Source: Tenericutes bacterium ADurb.BinA124 (lineage in GTDB: Bacteria > Bacillota_I > Bacilli_A > ML615J-28 > CAG-698). From it: 64,000 nucleotides of DNA. The position numbers and the translations under genes were made by a program. Of this stretch, positions 19,496 through 29,145 are shown piece by piece. The notes beneath the pieces were generated by a model, which was not told the origin of the DNA, did no database searches, and saw only the letters and a program-made list of their open reading frames with translations. The stretch lies in NCBI GenBank assembly GCA_002068415.1, contig MVZM01000009.1, forward strand, positions 3,088-67,087. Reading direction: 5' to 3'. Position 1 is the stretch's first letter. Every line of letters begins with the position of its first letter.

Positions 19496-20602
19496 ATGAA
19501 ATTCCATTTTAAATACACGAATAATTTAGTTAATTATCTTTTGAAGATTGAAAAGTATAAAACATCTTTGGATTATTTGTTTTTACCAACAAGAGAAAAG
19601 CAAAGAATGATGTATGAAGCTAAACTAAAAAAGACTCATTTTTCCACAAGCATTGAAGGGAATATCCTTACTTATAAGCAAGTAAAACAAGTTATTGCTG
19701 GTAAGCAAGATAATAAACGGATATCAGCTGAACAAGAAGTCCAAAACTATTGGGATGCCTTATCTTTTCTCGAAAAAGAAAGCCGTCAACATACCAAGAT
19801 GGACTTGGAATTTATTCTTACCTTACATGATATTATTCAAAGTAATGGTAAAGTTAAAAGAATTCCCCTAAGGGGAGAAACTGCTCCAGGAGTTTTATTC
19901 GCAGTATCTGATGCTTCGACCAAACAAGTTGAGTACATTCCCCCAGCCTGGGATGAGATTGAAGCACTAATTGATGAACTTATTAATTGGTATGAAAATA
20001 ATCAAGATTTACCAGTCCCCATTTTATCGGCAATTATTCATTATGCTTTAGTTACCATTCATCCCTTTACTGATGGCAATGGTCGAACCGCTCGCGCCCT
20101 TGCTACTTATGTTTTGATGCAACATGATTACGATTTTAAAGGTTTTAATTCATTTGAAGAATATTATATGGCTGATTTAAAGGGATATTATGAATCAATC
20201 CAAATGGGACTTCCGGTCTTATTCTATTCCGGAAGAGAAAATCCCCCCCATTTAGAAATATGGATTGAATATTTTTGTAAAATTATGGCTTTAAATGCCG
20301 AGAAAATATACGAGCAAGCAATTGAAGCATCAAGAAAAGACGCAAACAATGTCATTAAAGGTCTTAATAAAAAAGATTTAACTCTCCTAAGATTTTGTTT
20401 AGAAAACAATATAAAAGTAATAAATAATAAAGATCTTTCCGTTGTTTTTGGTGTTACTCCTCGAGCAATATCTAAATGGATGAATGAGTGGGTGACTAAA
20501 GGCATACTCATTCCCAATTCCGGGACGAAAAGAATTACCAGCTATCGGCTAGCGGAAAACTATGGTGATTTAAAAAGATCAGATTTGGGATTTATAGAAT
20601 AA
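19496..20602 (+). CDS. Fic-family protein, class II (canonical HPFTDGNGRTAR motif, intramolecular inhibitory TSIEGN motif, C-terminal wHTH-like region)
   Basis: HPFTDGNGRTARAL Fic motif; S/TxxxE(G/N) inhibitory helix motif FSTSIEGN near the N-terminus. Confidence 0.8.
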   Translation: MKFHFKYTNNLVNYLLKIEKYKTSLDYLFLPTREKQRMMYEAKLKKTHFSTSIEGNILTYKQVKQVIAGKQDNKRISAEQEVQNYWDALSFLEKESRQHTKMDLEFILTLHDIIQSNGKVKRIPLRGETAPGVLFAVSDASTKQVEYIPPAWDEIEALIDELINWYENNQDLPVPILSAIIHYALVTIHPFTDGNGRTARALATYVLMQHDYDFKGFNSFEEYYMADLKGYYESIQMGLPVLFYSGRENPPHLEIWIEYFCKIMALNAEKIYEQAIEASRKDANNVIKGLNKKDLTLLRFCLENNIKVINNKDLSVVFGVTPRAISKWMNEWVTKGILIPNSGTKRITSYRLAENYGDLKRSDLGFIE

Positions 20603-20821
20603 TTAGTGCTCTATGATTCAGTAGTGATAATTTAGGGATTCTTTCAACTCATAGCAAGTTTTGGTTTTGTGTTTTAGATGTTTTATTCACACAAATAGTT
20701 ATTAAAAGAAAAAAAGTTTTAAGTTATAAAAGATTGCTAAACGAGGGTTCAATTATTATAACCCACTTGAAACAAAGATATTAAGTGATGCGGTGTTTAT
20801 GATAAGGGAGGATACAAAACG

Positions 20822-21250
20822 ATGATTTATTCAAATAAAATACGTAAGGCTTTTCTTATTTCTTATCATGCTCATAAAGATGATTATGATAAGGCTGGAT
20901 ACCCTTATGTGTTTCATCCCTTCTTTGTTGCCAGTCAAATGGATGATGAAGACTCCACGATTGTTGCTCTTTTACATGATGTTATTGAAAATCATGGTAA
21001 TAAATATGATTTCGATTACTTGATGAAAGAAGGAATGGGAGAGAAAATTTGTTATGCCATAGATTTATTAACTTATAAAAAAGATGTTCCGTATTTGGAC
21101 TACATCAAGAAAATAAAAGATAATCCGCTTGCTAGAAAAGTGAAGATTGCGGATTTAAAACATAATTGTAATCTTCAGAGATTAGATGGTCAAACTCATC
21201 CTAAATATAAACTCTATCAAGAAGCATTGGCATATTTAGAAAGTGAATAG
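20822..21250 (+). CDS. HD-domain phosphohydrolase-like protein
   Basis: H...HD metal-binding pattern (YHAHKDD...LLHDVIE...KIADLKHN); 142 aa. Confidence 0.55.
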   Translation: MIYSNKIRKAFLISYHAHKDDYDKAGYPYVFHPFFVASQMDDEDSTIVALLHDVIENHGNKYDFDYLMKEGMGEKICYAIDLLTYKKDVPYLDYIKKIKDNPLARKVKIADLKHNCNLQRLDGQTHPKYKLYQEALAYLESE

Positions 21251-21288
21251 ATATAATTAGTAAAACAAAAAACCAAAGAGGGATAAAG

Positions 21289-21927
21289 ATGAAAAAAAAC
21301 TGGGAGCAACAGCGCTTGGAAATGGTTCAAAAGCAAATAAAAGCCCGCGGAATTGGGGATGAAAAAGTTTTGGCTGCCTTTTTACAGGTTCCAAGGCATC
21401 TTTTTGTTGATCCGAACGTGGCTAACGAAGCTTACCACGACCATCCACTGGGCATTGGTCTTGGACAGACTATTTCGCAACCCTATATTGTCGCTTTGAT
21501 GACGGCAGCTTTACAATTAAATAAACATGATCGCGTTTTAGAAATCGGCACGGGCTCCGGTTATCAAACAGCCATTTTATCTTGCTTAGTTAAGAAAGTT
21601 TATTCCATTGAACGGCTTTCACCGTTAATAAAAGAAGCCCAAGCCCGCTTAACAAATTTAGGTTATCATAATATTGTTTTTGCTTGCCAAGATGGTAACG
21701 ACGGCTGGGAAAGTGAAGCCCCCTTTGATGCCATTACCATTGCCGCTGCCACAGCTAAAATTCCTCCCAAACTGCTTAATCAGCTAAAAATTGGCGGTCG
21801 AATGATTTTACCCTTGGGGTCACCATTCTTTCAGCGTTTAACATTGTTACATAAAAAAGAAGATGGTTATGACATAAACCACCTTTGTGGTTGCTCATTT
21901 GTTCCTTTAATATCGGAAAATCAATAG
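21289..21927 (+). CDS. pcm: protein-L-isoaspartate O-methyltransferase
   Basis: VLEIGTGSGYQTAIL SAM-binding motif and overall PCMT similarity; 212 aa. Confidence 0.85.
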   Translation: MKKNWEQQRLEMVQKQIKARGIGDEKVLAAFLQVPRHLFVDPNVANEAYHDHPLGIGLGQTISQPYIVALMTAALQLNKHDRVLEIGTGSGYQTAILSCLVKKVYSIERLSPLIKEAQARLTNLGYHNIVFACQDGNDGWESEAPFDAITIAAATAKIPPKLLNQLKIGGRMILPLGSPFFQRLTLLHKKEDGYDINHLCGCSFVPLISENQ

Positions 21928-21938
21928 TTTTAAATAAA

Positions 21939-21990
21939 AAGAAGCAACAGAGTTTGAACTGATATCATATCAGTTTTTGTTGCTTCTTTT
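21939..21990. terminator. bidirectional terminator with nested palindrome
   Basis: AAGAAGCAACA...TGTTGCTTCTT stem; inner ACTGATATCATATCAGT palindrome; flanking A/T runs. Confidence 0.6.
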
Positions 21991-22002
21991 AATATACTTA
22001 AA

Positions 22003-22938
22003 TTAAATGCGGTTTGAACTACCTAAGACATTTTTAATTTTGTGTTGAACAGTATTTCTTAAATTGTTACGAGCATCAGTCAAATATTGCCGAGGATCGA
22101 AGTGTTCCGGATGATCGTTGAAGTGTTTTCGAATGCTGGCGGTCATCGTTAATCGTAAATCCGAATCAATATTAATTTTGCAGACAGCCATGGAAGCTGC
22201 TTTTCGTAACATTTCTTCGGGGATCCCAATGGCATCTTCCAATTTTCCGCCGTTTTCATTAATCATTTTTACATATTCCGGCATTACCGAAGAAGCCCCG
22301 TGTAAGACGATGGGGAATCCCGGTAATAATTTTTGGATTTCTTCCAAAATATCAAATCGTAATTGTGGCTTTTGACCGGGTTTAAACTTGTAAGCACCGT
22401 GGGAAGTACCGATGGCAATGGCTAGGGAATCAACTCCGGTTCGTCGGACAAATTCTTGCACTTGCTTAGGATCGGTATAACTGGCATGTTCATCCTTAAC
22501 ATTAATATCGTCTTCGATTCCTGCCAAGCGTCCTAATTCACCTTCAACGGTAACATTGCGTGGATGCGCATAATCAACGACTTTTTTGGTTAAGGCGATA
22601 TTTTCTTCAAATGATAAATGGGAACCATCAATCATCACGGAAGTAAAGCCGCCATCAATACAAGATTTACATAATTCAAAACTGTCGCCATGATCAAGAT
22701 GCAGAACAATCGGCAAATCCGTATCAGCTAAGGCCGCTTCCACAAGTTTAACTAAATAAACATGTTTGGCATACTTTCTGGCTCCGGATGAGACTTGTAA
22801 GATAACGGGGGAATTCTCTGCTTTCGCAGCTTCGGTAATTGCTTGGACGATTTCCATATTGTTAACATTGAAAGCGCCAATGGCGTATCCACCCTCATAA
22901 GCTTTTTTAAACATTTCTTTGGAATTTACTAATGGCAT
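22003..22938 (-). CDS. fba: fructose-bisphosphate aldolase, class II
   Basis: MPLVNSKEMFKKAYEGGYAIGAFNVNN... class II FBA N-terminus; metal-binding His residues; start set at MPLVN with RBS AAAGGAGC. Confidence 0.9.
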   Translation of the reverse strand: MPLVNSKEMFKKAYEGGYAIGAFNVNNMEIVQAITEAAKAENSPVILQVSSGARKYAKHVYLVKLVEAALADTDLPIVLHLDHGDSFELCKSCIDGGFTSVMIDGSHLSFEENIALTKKVVDYAHPRNVTVEGELGRLAGIEDDINVKDEHASYTDPKQVQEFVRRTGVDSLAIAIGTSHGAYKFKPGQKPQLRFDILEEIQKLLPGFPIVLHGASSVMPEYVKMINENGGKLEDAIGIPEEMLRKAASMAVCKINIDSDLRLTMTASIRKHFNDHPEHFDPRQYLTDARNNLRNTVQHKIKNVLGSSNRI

Positions 22939-23176
22939 AATTTTTGCTCCTTTCTTACTATACAGTATCTTATTATAGCATATTTTCATAAAAATTGTTA
23001 TTAAAAAAGAAAAATTTATGGAAGTAATCCTTTTCATGATAATTAGCAATTTCTTAATATTGATTGTTGTTTTCTTTATTCACCTTCTTTGCAAACTCTT
23101 ATTACAATAATGCAATAATTGTCTTTAGTAAATCTTTTATTTATTGTATAATTAATAATGTAAAAAGGACAGTAGT

Positions 23177-24100
23177 ATGCAGAAAACAGCACATTTAGCG
23201 GGCGTTCTCTTCGCGATTATCTTTAGCTTAACTTTTATGTTTTCCAAAGTAGCCATGAACTATATTAGTCCGATGGGCTTGATTGCCTACCGGTTTTTAT
23301 TGGCTTTTTTGGTTTTTGAAGTATTACGGTGGTTCAAAGTCATCAAGATTAACTTTAATAAATCGCAAGTTTTAATATTAGCGAAAATATCTTTGATGGA
23401 ACCCGTCCTTTACTTTATCTTTGAGACTTTTGGCTTAGCGATGATTTCCAGTGGCGAAGCCGGGATGATGATTGCTTTAATTCCCATTTTTGTTACCATT
23501 TTAAGTTTTATCTTTTTAAAAGAACGAATTCGGGTGATGCAAATTGTTTTCATTGTTATCAGTGTTGGGGGGGTGGTGTTCATTGAGTGGATGAACAAAG
23601 CCACCGCTACCAACCACCGTCTTTTAGGAGTTTTATTGGTGTTATTGGCATCTTTATCGGCAGGGTTTTTCAATATCTTTTCAAGGAAGGCTTCAACAAT
23701 ATTTAAACCCGTAGAAATTACTTATTTCATGATGTTAGCAGGCGCTATTAGTTTTAATGCTATTTATTTAGGGCAACTGCTTGTAAAAGGCGAGATTGCT
23801 GCTTACATCAGCAATTTAGCTCATTGGGGTATTATCGGTCCGATTGTTTATTTAGGGCTCGTTGCCTCCATTGGCGGATACTTCTTGGCTAATTTTGCTT
23901 TAGGGCAATTGCCCGCCCATGTCGTTTCCATTTATTCAAATTTATCAACTGTTGTTGCCTTGGTAGCCGGAACATTAATTCTTCATGAACAGTTATATTA
24001 TTATCACTATTTAGGGGCGGCTTTAATCATTATTGGTGTCTATGGTACTGTTTGGTTAAACTCTCGACCCTTAAAGAAAGATTTAGAGGTTTTAAAATGA
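23177..24100 (+). CDS. DMT-superfamily (EamA-like) transporter
   Basis: 10-TM protein with a duplicated EamA-like architecture. Confidence 0.65.
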   Translation: MQKTAHLAGVLFAIIFSLTFMFSKVAMNYISPMGLIAYRFLLAFLVFEVLRWFKVIKINFNKSQVLILAKISLMEPVLYFIFETFGLAMISSGEAGMMIALIPIFVTILSFIFLKERIRVMQIVFIVISVGGVVFIEWMNKATATNHRLLGVLLVLLASLSAGFFNIFSRKASTIFKPVEITYFMMLAGAISFNAIYLGQLLVKGEIAAYISNLAHWGIIGPIVYLGLVASIGGYFLANFALGQLPAHVVSIYSNLSTVVALVAGTLILHEQLYYYHYLGAALIIIGVYGTVWLNSRPLKKDLEVLK

Positions 24101-25662
24101 AAAAAACATGTCTTTTAATCATTGCTTGTTTAGCACTTTGCTTCGTCGGTTGTACCGAAGAACCGCCTTTTAAATTAAGCGTCTCGAATGATGAAGTTGT
24201 TCAAGTCGGTAGTCAAATGCATTTATCAGCTAATGCGGAAGTGGTTTGGAGTTCTTCGAACCCCTTGATTGCGACTGTTGATGAACTGGGGATTGTTGTT
24301 GGTATCAGTCAAGGAAATGTTACCATCACCGCGACCCTTAAAAGCGACGCTACCGTTTTTGTGAAACATCAAGTGACGGTCATTCCTTCCACAAACCCTC
24401 CTTGTGAAGAATGCGAAGAATGTAAAGAATGTGAAGAATGTAAAGAATGTCCCGAAGGTGGAGTTTGCCCAACTTTTTCTTTCCCTGAACCAAGCAGTGA
24501 AGAAGAAGTGTTTGTGGAACTGGGGATTGACCGCCTTGATGAATATTTGGATTGGTTTTCCGGAAAGCGTGTTGGTTTAATTACCAACCAAACCGGATTT
24601 AATCGTAATCTTGTTTCTACCATCGATATTCTTTATGAAAAAGTTAATTTAGTCGCCTTGTTTGCACCGGAACACGGCATTCGCGGCGACCGTCAAGCAG
24701 GAGCTTATATTCCTTCCTATGTTGATGAAAAAACGGGGCTTACCGTTTACAGTTTATATGGCGCAACCAAGAAACCAACGGTTGATATGATGAACTTGGT
24801 GGATGTTTTGTGCATTGATATTCAAGATGCCGGGGCTCGCTTTTATACTTATATTTATACGATGGCCTATGCCATGGAAGCTTGCCAGGAAAACAACAAA
24901 ACCTTCATCGTCTTTGATCGGCCGAATCCCGCCGGTGGGCAGCACTATGAAGGCAATATTTTAGATATGGAATATTCCTCATTCATTGGTAAATATCCCA
25001 TCCTTCAACGTCATGGAATGACGATTGCGGAGTTGGCTTATATGTTTAACGAAGAATTTGGGATTGCTTGTGACTTAAAAGTCGTCTTGATGCGTGGTTG
25101 GGGACGTTACATGTATTATGATGATACCAAACTGCCATGGGTTACTCCTTCGCCCAACCTTCCGTCCGTCGAAACAGCTATTGTTTATTCGGGAACATGC
25201 ATTATTGAGGGCACTAATATGTCGGAAGGACGGGGAACAACGACGCCTTTCCAAGTTGTTGGCGCCCCGTATATCAATGCTTGGGATTATGCGGAAGCCT
25301 TAAATGCCCTCAATTTACCCGGTGTTGTTTTTCGGCCCGCTTCATTTACACCAACTTTCTCGAAACATGCCAACACCCTATGCCATGGAGTGCAAGTACA
25401 TGTAATAGATCGAGCGACTTTCCAAGCGGTTAAAACCGGTTGGGCCTTAGTGGATGTGGTTAGAGATATGTATCCGAATGATTTTACCATTCTCAATCCG
25501 AACACTAAACTGAATACGATGAATCTCTTGACGGGTGGCAACTTCATTACCAAGGATTTATATACTTTAGAACAACAGTTTGCTTTAATTATTGCGGACA
25601 CAGAAACTTTTAGTGCTACTAGAAACAAATATTTACTTTATATCGAAGAACCTCAAGCATAA
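24097..25662 (+). CDS. lipoprotein with BIG2 domain, Cys-Glu repeat linker and DUF1343 (NamZ/YbbC-like exo-N-acetylmuramidase) domain
   Basis: Signal peptide with lipobox ALCFVGC; BIG_2-like segment; CEECEECKECEECKEC repeat; LITNQTGFNRNL...FAPEHGIRGD characteristic of DUF1343; start overlaps the upstream stop (ATGA). Confidence 0.7.
   Translation: MKKTCLLIIACLALCFVGCTEEPPFKLSVSNDEVVQVGSQMHLSANAEVVWSSSNPLIATVDELGIVVGISQGNVTITATLKSDATVFVKHQVTVIPSTNPPCEECEECKECEECKECPEGGVCPTFSFPEPSSEEEVFVELGIDRLDEYLDWFSGKRVGLITNQTGFNRNLVSTIDILYEKVNLVALFAPEHGIRGDRQAGAYIPSYVDEKTGLTVYSLYGATKKPTVDMMNLVDVLCIDIQDAGARFYTYIYTMAYAMEACQENNKTFIVFDRPNPAGGQHYEGNILDMEYSSFIGKYPILQRHGMTIAELAYMFNEEFGIACDLKVVLMRGWGRYMYYDDTKLPWVTPSPNLPSVETAIVYSGTCIIEGTNMSEGRGTTTPFQVVGAPYINAWDYAEALNALNLPGVVFRPASFTPTFSKHANTLCHGVQVHVIDRATFQAVKTGWALVDVVRDMYPNDFTILNPNTKLNTMNLLTGGNFITKDLYTLEQQFALIIADTETFSATRNKYLLYIEEPQA
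24403..24456 (+). repeat. six tandem 9-nt units (TGTGAAGAA-like) encoding a (C-E/K-E)n linker
   Basis: TGTGAAGAA TGCGAAGAA TGTAAAGAA TGTGAAGAA TGTAAAGAA TGTCCCGAA, in frame within the lipoprotein gene. Confidence 0.8.
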
Positions 25663-25664
25663 GG

Positions 25665-26108
25665 ATGATTATGGAACAAGGAATTTCTCTTAGTGAAGCT
25701 CTTAAAAATGGTTTAAAACAATCCCTGAAAGTCATTATTAAAATCATTAAAATCATGGTTCCGGTTTATATCATCGCGCAACTATTAGATTATTATGAAA
25801 TCTTAGCTCAAATATCGGTTTATTTAGAACCGCTTATGCGTTGGTTTGGCTTGCCGGGATCCGCTGCCATTGTGCTTTTGCTCGCTAATGGGATTAATAT
25901 CTATGCGGGTATTGGTGCCTTGGGGGCCTTAAGCTTAACAAGCAAACAAATCACGATTTTAGCCATTATGGTGACAACCTCACATTCTTTGATTATTGAG
26001 ACGGCCATCTTAAAAACCATTCAAATTCCTCGCTGGTTTCATCTTTTGTTTAGAATTGGCATGATGTTGGTTTTGGGTTTTGTGCTTAATCTCGTTTGGA
26101 GGTCGTAA
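25665..26108 (+). CDS. nucleoside-recognition (Gate) domain membrane protein (SpmA/YjiH-like)
   Basis: Small polytopic membrane protein; forms a pair with the downstream paralogous gene. Confidence 0.5.
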   Translation: MIMEQGISLSEALKNGLKQSLKVIIKIIKIMVPVYIIAQLLDYYEILAQISVYLEPLMRWFGLPGSAAIVLLLANGINIYAGIGALGALSLTSKQITILAIMVTTSHSLIIETAILKTIQIPRWFHLLFRIGMMLVLGFVLNLVWRS

Positions 26109-26593
26109 TGGCTAAGGTTTTAACTTTTATCAAAGACTTCTTACTCCCCACCTTATTATCATTAGGAATGATGCTGCTTAAGATTATCGTCATCATCACC
26201 CTTATTTTAGTGACGATTGAAGTTTTAAAAGCTTTAAAAGTCCTCCAGTGGATTAATAAAAAAATTTATGTTATTACCAAATATTTAGGAATATCACCAT
26301 CGGCGTCCTTTCCCCTCTTAGTGGGCTTGATTATCGGCATTACTTATGGCGCCGGAGTTATCTTAATGAGTTACAAACAACAAGAAATGAACAAGAAAGA
26401 TGTCTTATTAGTTAGTGTTTTTCTTTGCTTATGCCATGCTATTGTAGAAGATACTTTGTTGTTTGCTGCTTTTGGTTCGATTACTTGGGTGGTGATTGTT
26501 GTAAAATTAGTGGTGGCGTTTACCACAACCATGCTTGTCAACCTGATTTTGAAATTAATCGAGCATCGTCAATTGGCAAAAAACCCTGATTAA
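26108..26593 (+). CDS. nucleoside-recognition (Gate) domain membrane protein (SpmB/YjiG-like)
   Basis: Overlaps the upstream stop (TAATG); RBS GGAGGT; hydrophobic. Confidence 0.5.
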   Translation: MAKVLTFIKDFLLPTLLSLGMMLLKIIVIITLILVTIEVLKALKVLQWINKKIYVITKYLGISPSASFPLLVGLIIGITYGAGVILMSYKQQEMNKKDVLLVSVFLCLCHAIVEDTLLFAAFGSITWVVIVVKLVVAFTTTMLVNLILKLIEHRQLAKNPD

Positions 26594-26661
26594 AAGGTCA
26601 CTTCGACCTCTTCAAATGTTTGAAAATATGGTATAATTAAAAGCAGAAAAAGGAGATCAAT

Positions 26662-29124
26662 ATGGCTAAAAAAGTAATTATTATCGGTGGTGTAGCAGGA
26701 GGAGCGACAACTGCCGCCCGACTGCGCCGCTTGGATGAACAAGTTGAAATCATTGTTTTTGAACGGGGCGAATATATTTCGTTTGCTAACTGTGGGCTCC
26801 CTTACTATATTGGGGGCGTTATTGCCAACCGTGAAGCCCTCATCTTACAAACACCGGAAGAACTGCGCCAAAAATACCGCTTAGATATTCGCGTTCAATC
26901 GGAAGTTGAAAGTATCAATCCTAAAAAGAAAACCGTCATGGTAAGAAATTTAGTAAGTCAAGAGCAGTACGAAGAGAGCTATGACGATTTGGTTATTTCG
27001 ACTGGGGCTTTTCCAGTTAAACCACCTATTCCTGGCATTGATGAAACCACTAACTTATTTACACTGCGTAATATTCCGGATACGGATCAGATTAAAGATT
27101 TCATTAATCAAAAAGAACCCCAAACCGCTTTAGTCATTGGCGGTGGGTTCATTGGCTTGGAAATGGCGGAAAATCTCCACCATTTAGGCATGAAGGTGAC
27201 GATTGTGGAAATGGCGGACCAGGTTATGGCCCCCATTGATTTGGAAATGGCAATGATTGTTCATGAACATATTATCAGCCAAGGCGTGAACTTGATTTTA
27301 AAAGACGGCGTTAAAGCTTTTATTGACCATGGCCAAAAAGTGGAATTAACGAGCGGCAAGGTAGTCGAAGCGGATTTGATTATTCTTTGCATTGGTGTTC
27401 GTCCTGAAAATAAGCTTGCAAAACAAGCGGGCTTAGCTTTGGGAGCACGGGGAGGAATTTTGGTCAATGAAAGTTTACAAACCCTTGACCCACATATTTA
27501 TGCAATTGGCGATGTTATTGAAGTTACGGATTTTGTTTCCCGTCAACCAGCGATGATTCCCTTAGCCGGGCCTGCTAACAAACAAGCCCGGATTGTTGCC
27601 AACAATATCTGTGGGATTAAGGAACAATATGGAGGAACCATGGGAACATCGGTAGCAAAAGTCTTTGCTTTAACTGTTGCCGCAACGGGGAATAATGAAA
27701 AATTATTGAAGAGTCAAGGAAAAAAATATGATGCCATTCACATCCATCCTTTTTCTCATGCCACTTATTATCCGAATGCGACGCCGATTGATTTAAAATT
27801 ATTATACAATCCGGAAACGGAAGAAATCTATGGTGCCCAAGCCATCGGCATCAAGGGAGTTGATAAGCGGATTGATGTCCTAGCCACGGCAATAGCCGCT
27901 AAACTGCCGGTAACAGCCTTAAAAAATTTGGAACTGTCGTATGCTCCACCCTATTCTTCGGCCAAGGATCCGGTTAACATGCTGGGGTTTGTGGCGGAAA
28001 ATAAAATCAAAGGCTTGGTTACGACTTTTTCCTTAGCGGAGATGGAAGAATTAATTGCAAAAAAGGCTTGGATTTTGGATGTTCGTGAACCGGTGGAATT
28101 CGAACTAGGAAGTATTCCCACCGCCCACAATATTCCCTTATCAGAACTCCGTTCACGCATTAACGAAATCCCGAAGGACCAAACCATTCATGTATATTGC
28201 CAACTCGGCATTCGCGCCTATACCTCATGTCGCATTTTAACCCAAGCGGGCTTTACCGTTAAAAACCTCGATGGTGGTTATAAATCTTATCAATGCGTCT
28301 ATAATCCCGAATATCATCAAAATAGTGAAGAAGTAAGTCCCAATTTAAGTTCAGTGCAACAAAATGAAACAAAGGAAGGAACAACAGCCATGAAAACCAT
28401 TAAAGTGGATGCCTGCGGTTTACAGTGCCCGGGTCCGATTGTCCAAGTATATAAAAATATGCAAACATTACAGCCGGGTGATGTTTTGGAAATCCAAGCT
28501 ACTGACCTAGGCTTCTTAAAAGATGTAAAAAAATGGGCGGAAAAAACCAATAATCAAGTATTGGAATTAACGACCAAGGATAATATCATTACCGCAAAAA
28601 TTCAAAAAGGTGGAGTGAAAGCGGAAGATAAATCAATCCCTGTTGCTAATGATAAAGAAAATTCGACCATTGTGGTGTTTAGCCAAGATATGGATAAAGC
28701 GATTGCCGCTTTTATCATTGCCACGGGAGCTGCTTCCATGGGCAAAAAAGTTTCCTTATTCTTTACTTTCTGGGGTTTAAACATTTTACGCAAAACTCAT
28801 CGTGTCCGCGTTAAGAAGACATTTATTGAAAAAATGTTCGGCCGTATGATGCCAAGAGGTGTCAAAAAACTGCCCATTTCGAATATGAATATGCTGGGAA
28901 TGGGACCGGCCATGATTAGGTCGATTATGAAGAAAAAGAATGTTGATTCTTTGCCAACCCTAATGAAAAATGCCATGGCCATGGGGGTTAAGGTTATCGC
29001 TTGTGCGATGTCCTTAGATATTATGGGAATCAAACCGGAAGAATTAATTGATGGCGTTGAAATTGCCGGAGTGGCTACTTACTTAGCCGATACCACCGAA
29101 GCTAATCACAATTTGTTCATCTAG
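26662..29124 (+). CDS. CoA-disulfide reductase fused to rhodanese, TusA-like and DsrE-like domains (persulfide/polysulfide reductase type)
   Basis: N-terminal FAD/NAD(P) oxidoreductase with SFANCGLPY redox Cys; rhodanese active-site CQLGIRA; TusA CPGP motif (CGLQCPGPIV); DsrE/DsrF-like C-terminus. Confidence 0.8.
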   Translation: MAKKVIIIGGVAGGATTAARLRRLDEQVEIIVFERGEYISFANCGLPYYIGGVIANREALILQTPEELRQKYRLDIRVQSEVESINPKKKTVMVRNLVSQEQYEESYDDLVISTGAFPVKPPIPGIDETTNLFTLRNIPDTDQIKDFINQKEPQTALVIGGGFIGLEMAENLHHLGMKVTIVEMADQVMAPIDLEMAMIVHEHIISQGVNLILKDGVKAFIDHGQKVELTSGKVVEADLIILCIGVRPENKLAKQAGLALGARGGILVNESLQTLDPHIYAIGDVIEVTDFVSRQPAMIPLAGPANKQARIVANNICGIKEQYGGTMGTSVAKVFALTVAATGNNEKLLKSQGKKYDAIHIHPFSHATYYPNATPIDLKLLYNPETEEIYGAQAIGIKGVDKRIDVLATAIAAKLPVTALKNLELSYAPPYSSAKDPVNMLGFVAENKIKGLVTTFSLAEMEELIAKKAWILDVREPVEFELGSIPTAHNIPLSELRSRINEIPKDQTIHVYCQLGIRAYTSCRILTQAGFTVKNLDGGYKSYQCVYNPEYHQNSEEVSPNLSSVQQNETKEGTTAMKTIKVDACGLQCPGPIVQVYKNMQTLQPGDVLEIQATDLGFLKDVKKWAEKTNNQVLELTTKDNIITAKIQKGGVKAEDKSIPVANDKENSTIVVFSQDMDKAIAAFIIATGAASMGKKVSLFFTFWGLNILRKTHRVRVKKTFIEKMFGRMMPRGVKKLPISNMNMLGMGPAMIRSIMKKKNVDSLPTLMKNAMAMGVKVIACAMSLDIMGIKPEELIDGVEIAGVATYLADTTEANHNLFI

Positions 29125-29145
29125 CATGTTGCTGGGAGAAATAAA

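Noticed and set aside
22939-23049. 37-codon N-terminal extension of fba, and the similar extension of the membrane protein at 1707-1733
   Set aside because: The internal Met codons have canonical RBSs and match the conserved N-termini. The extensions run into promoter regions.
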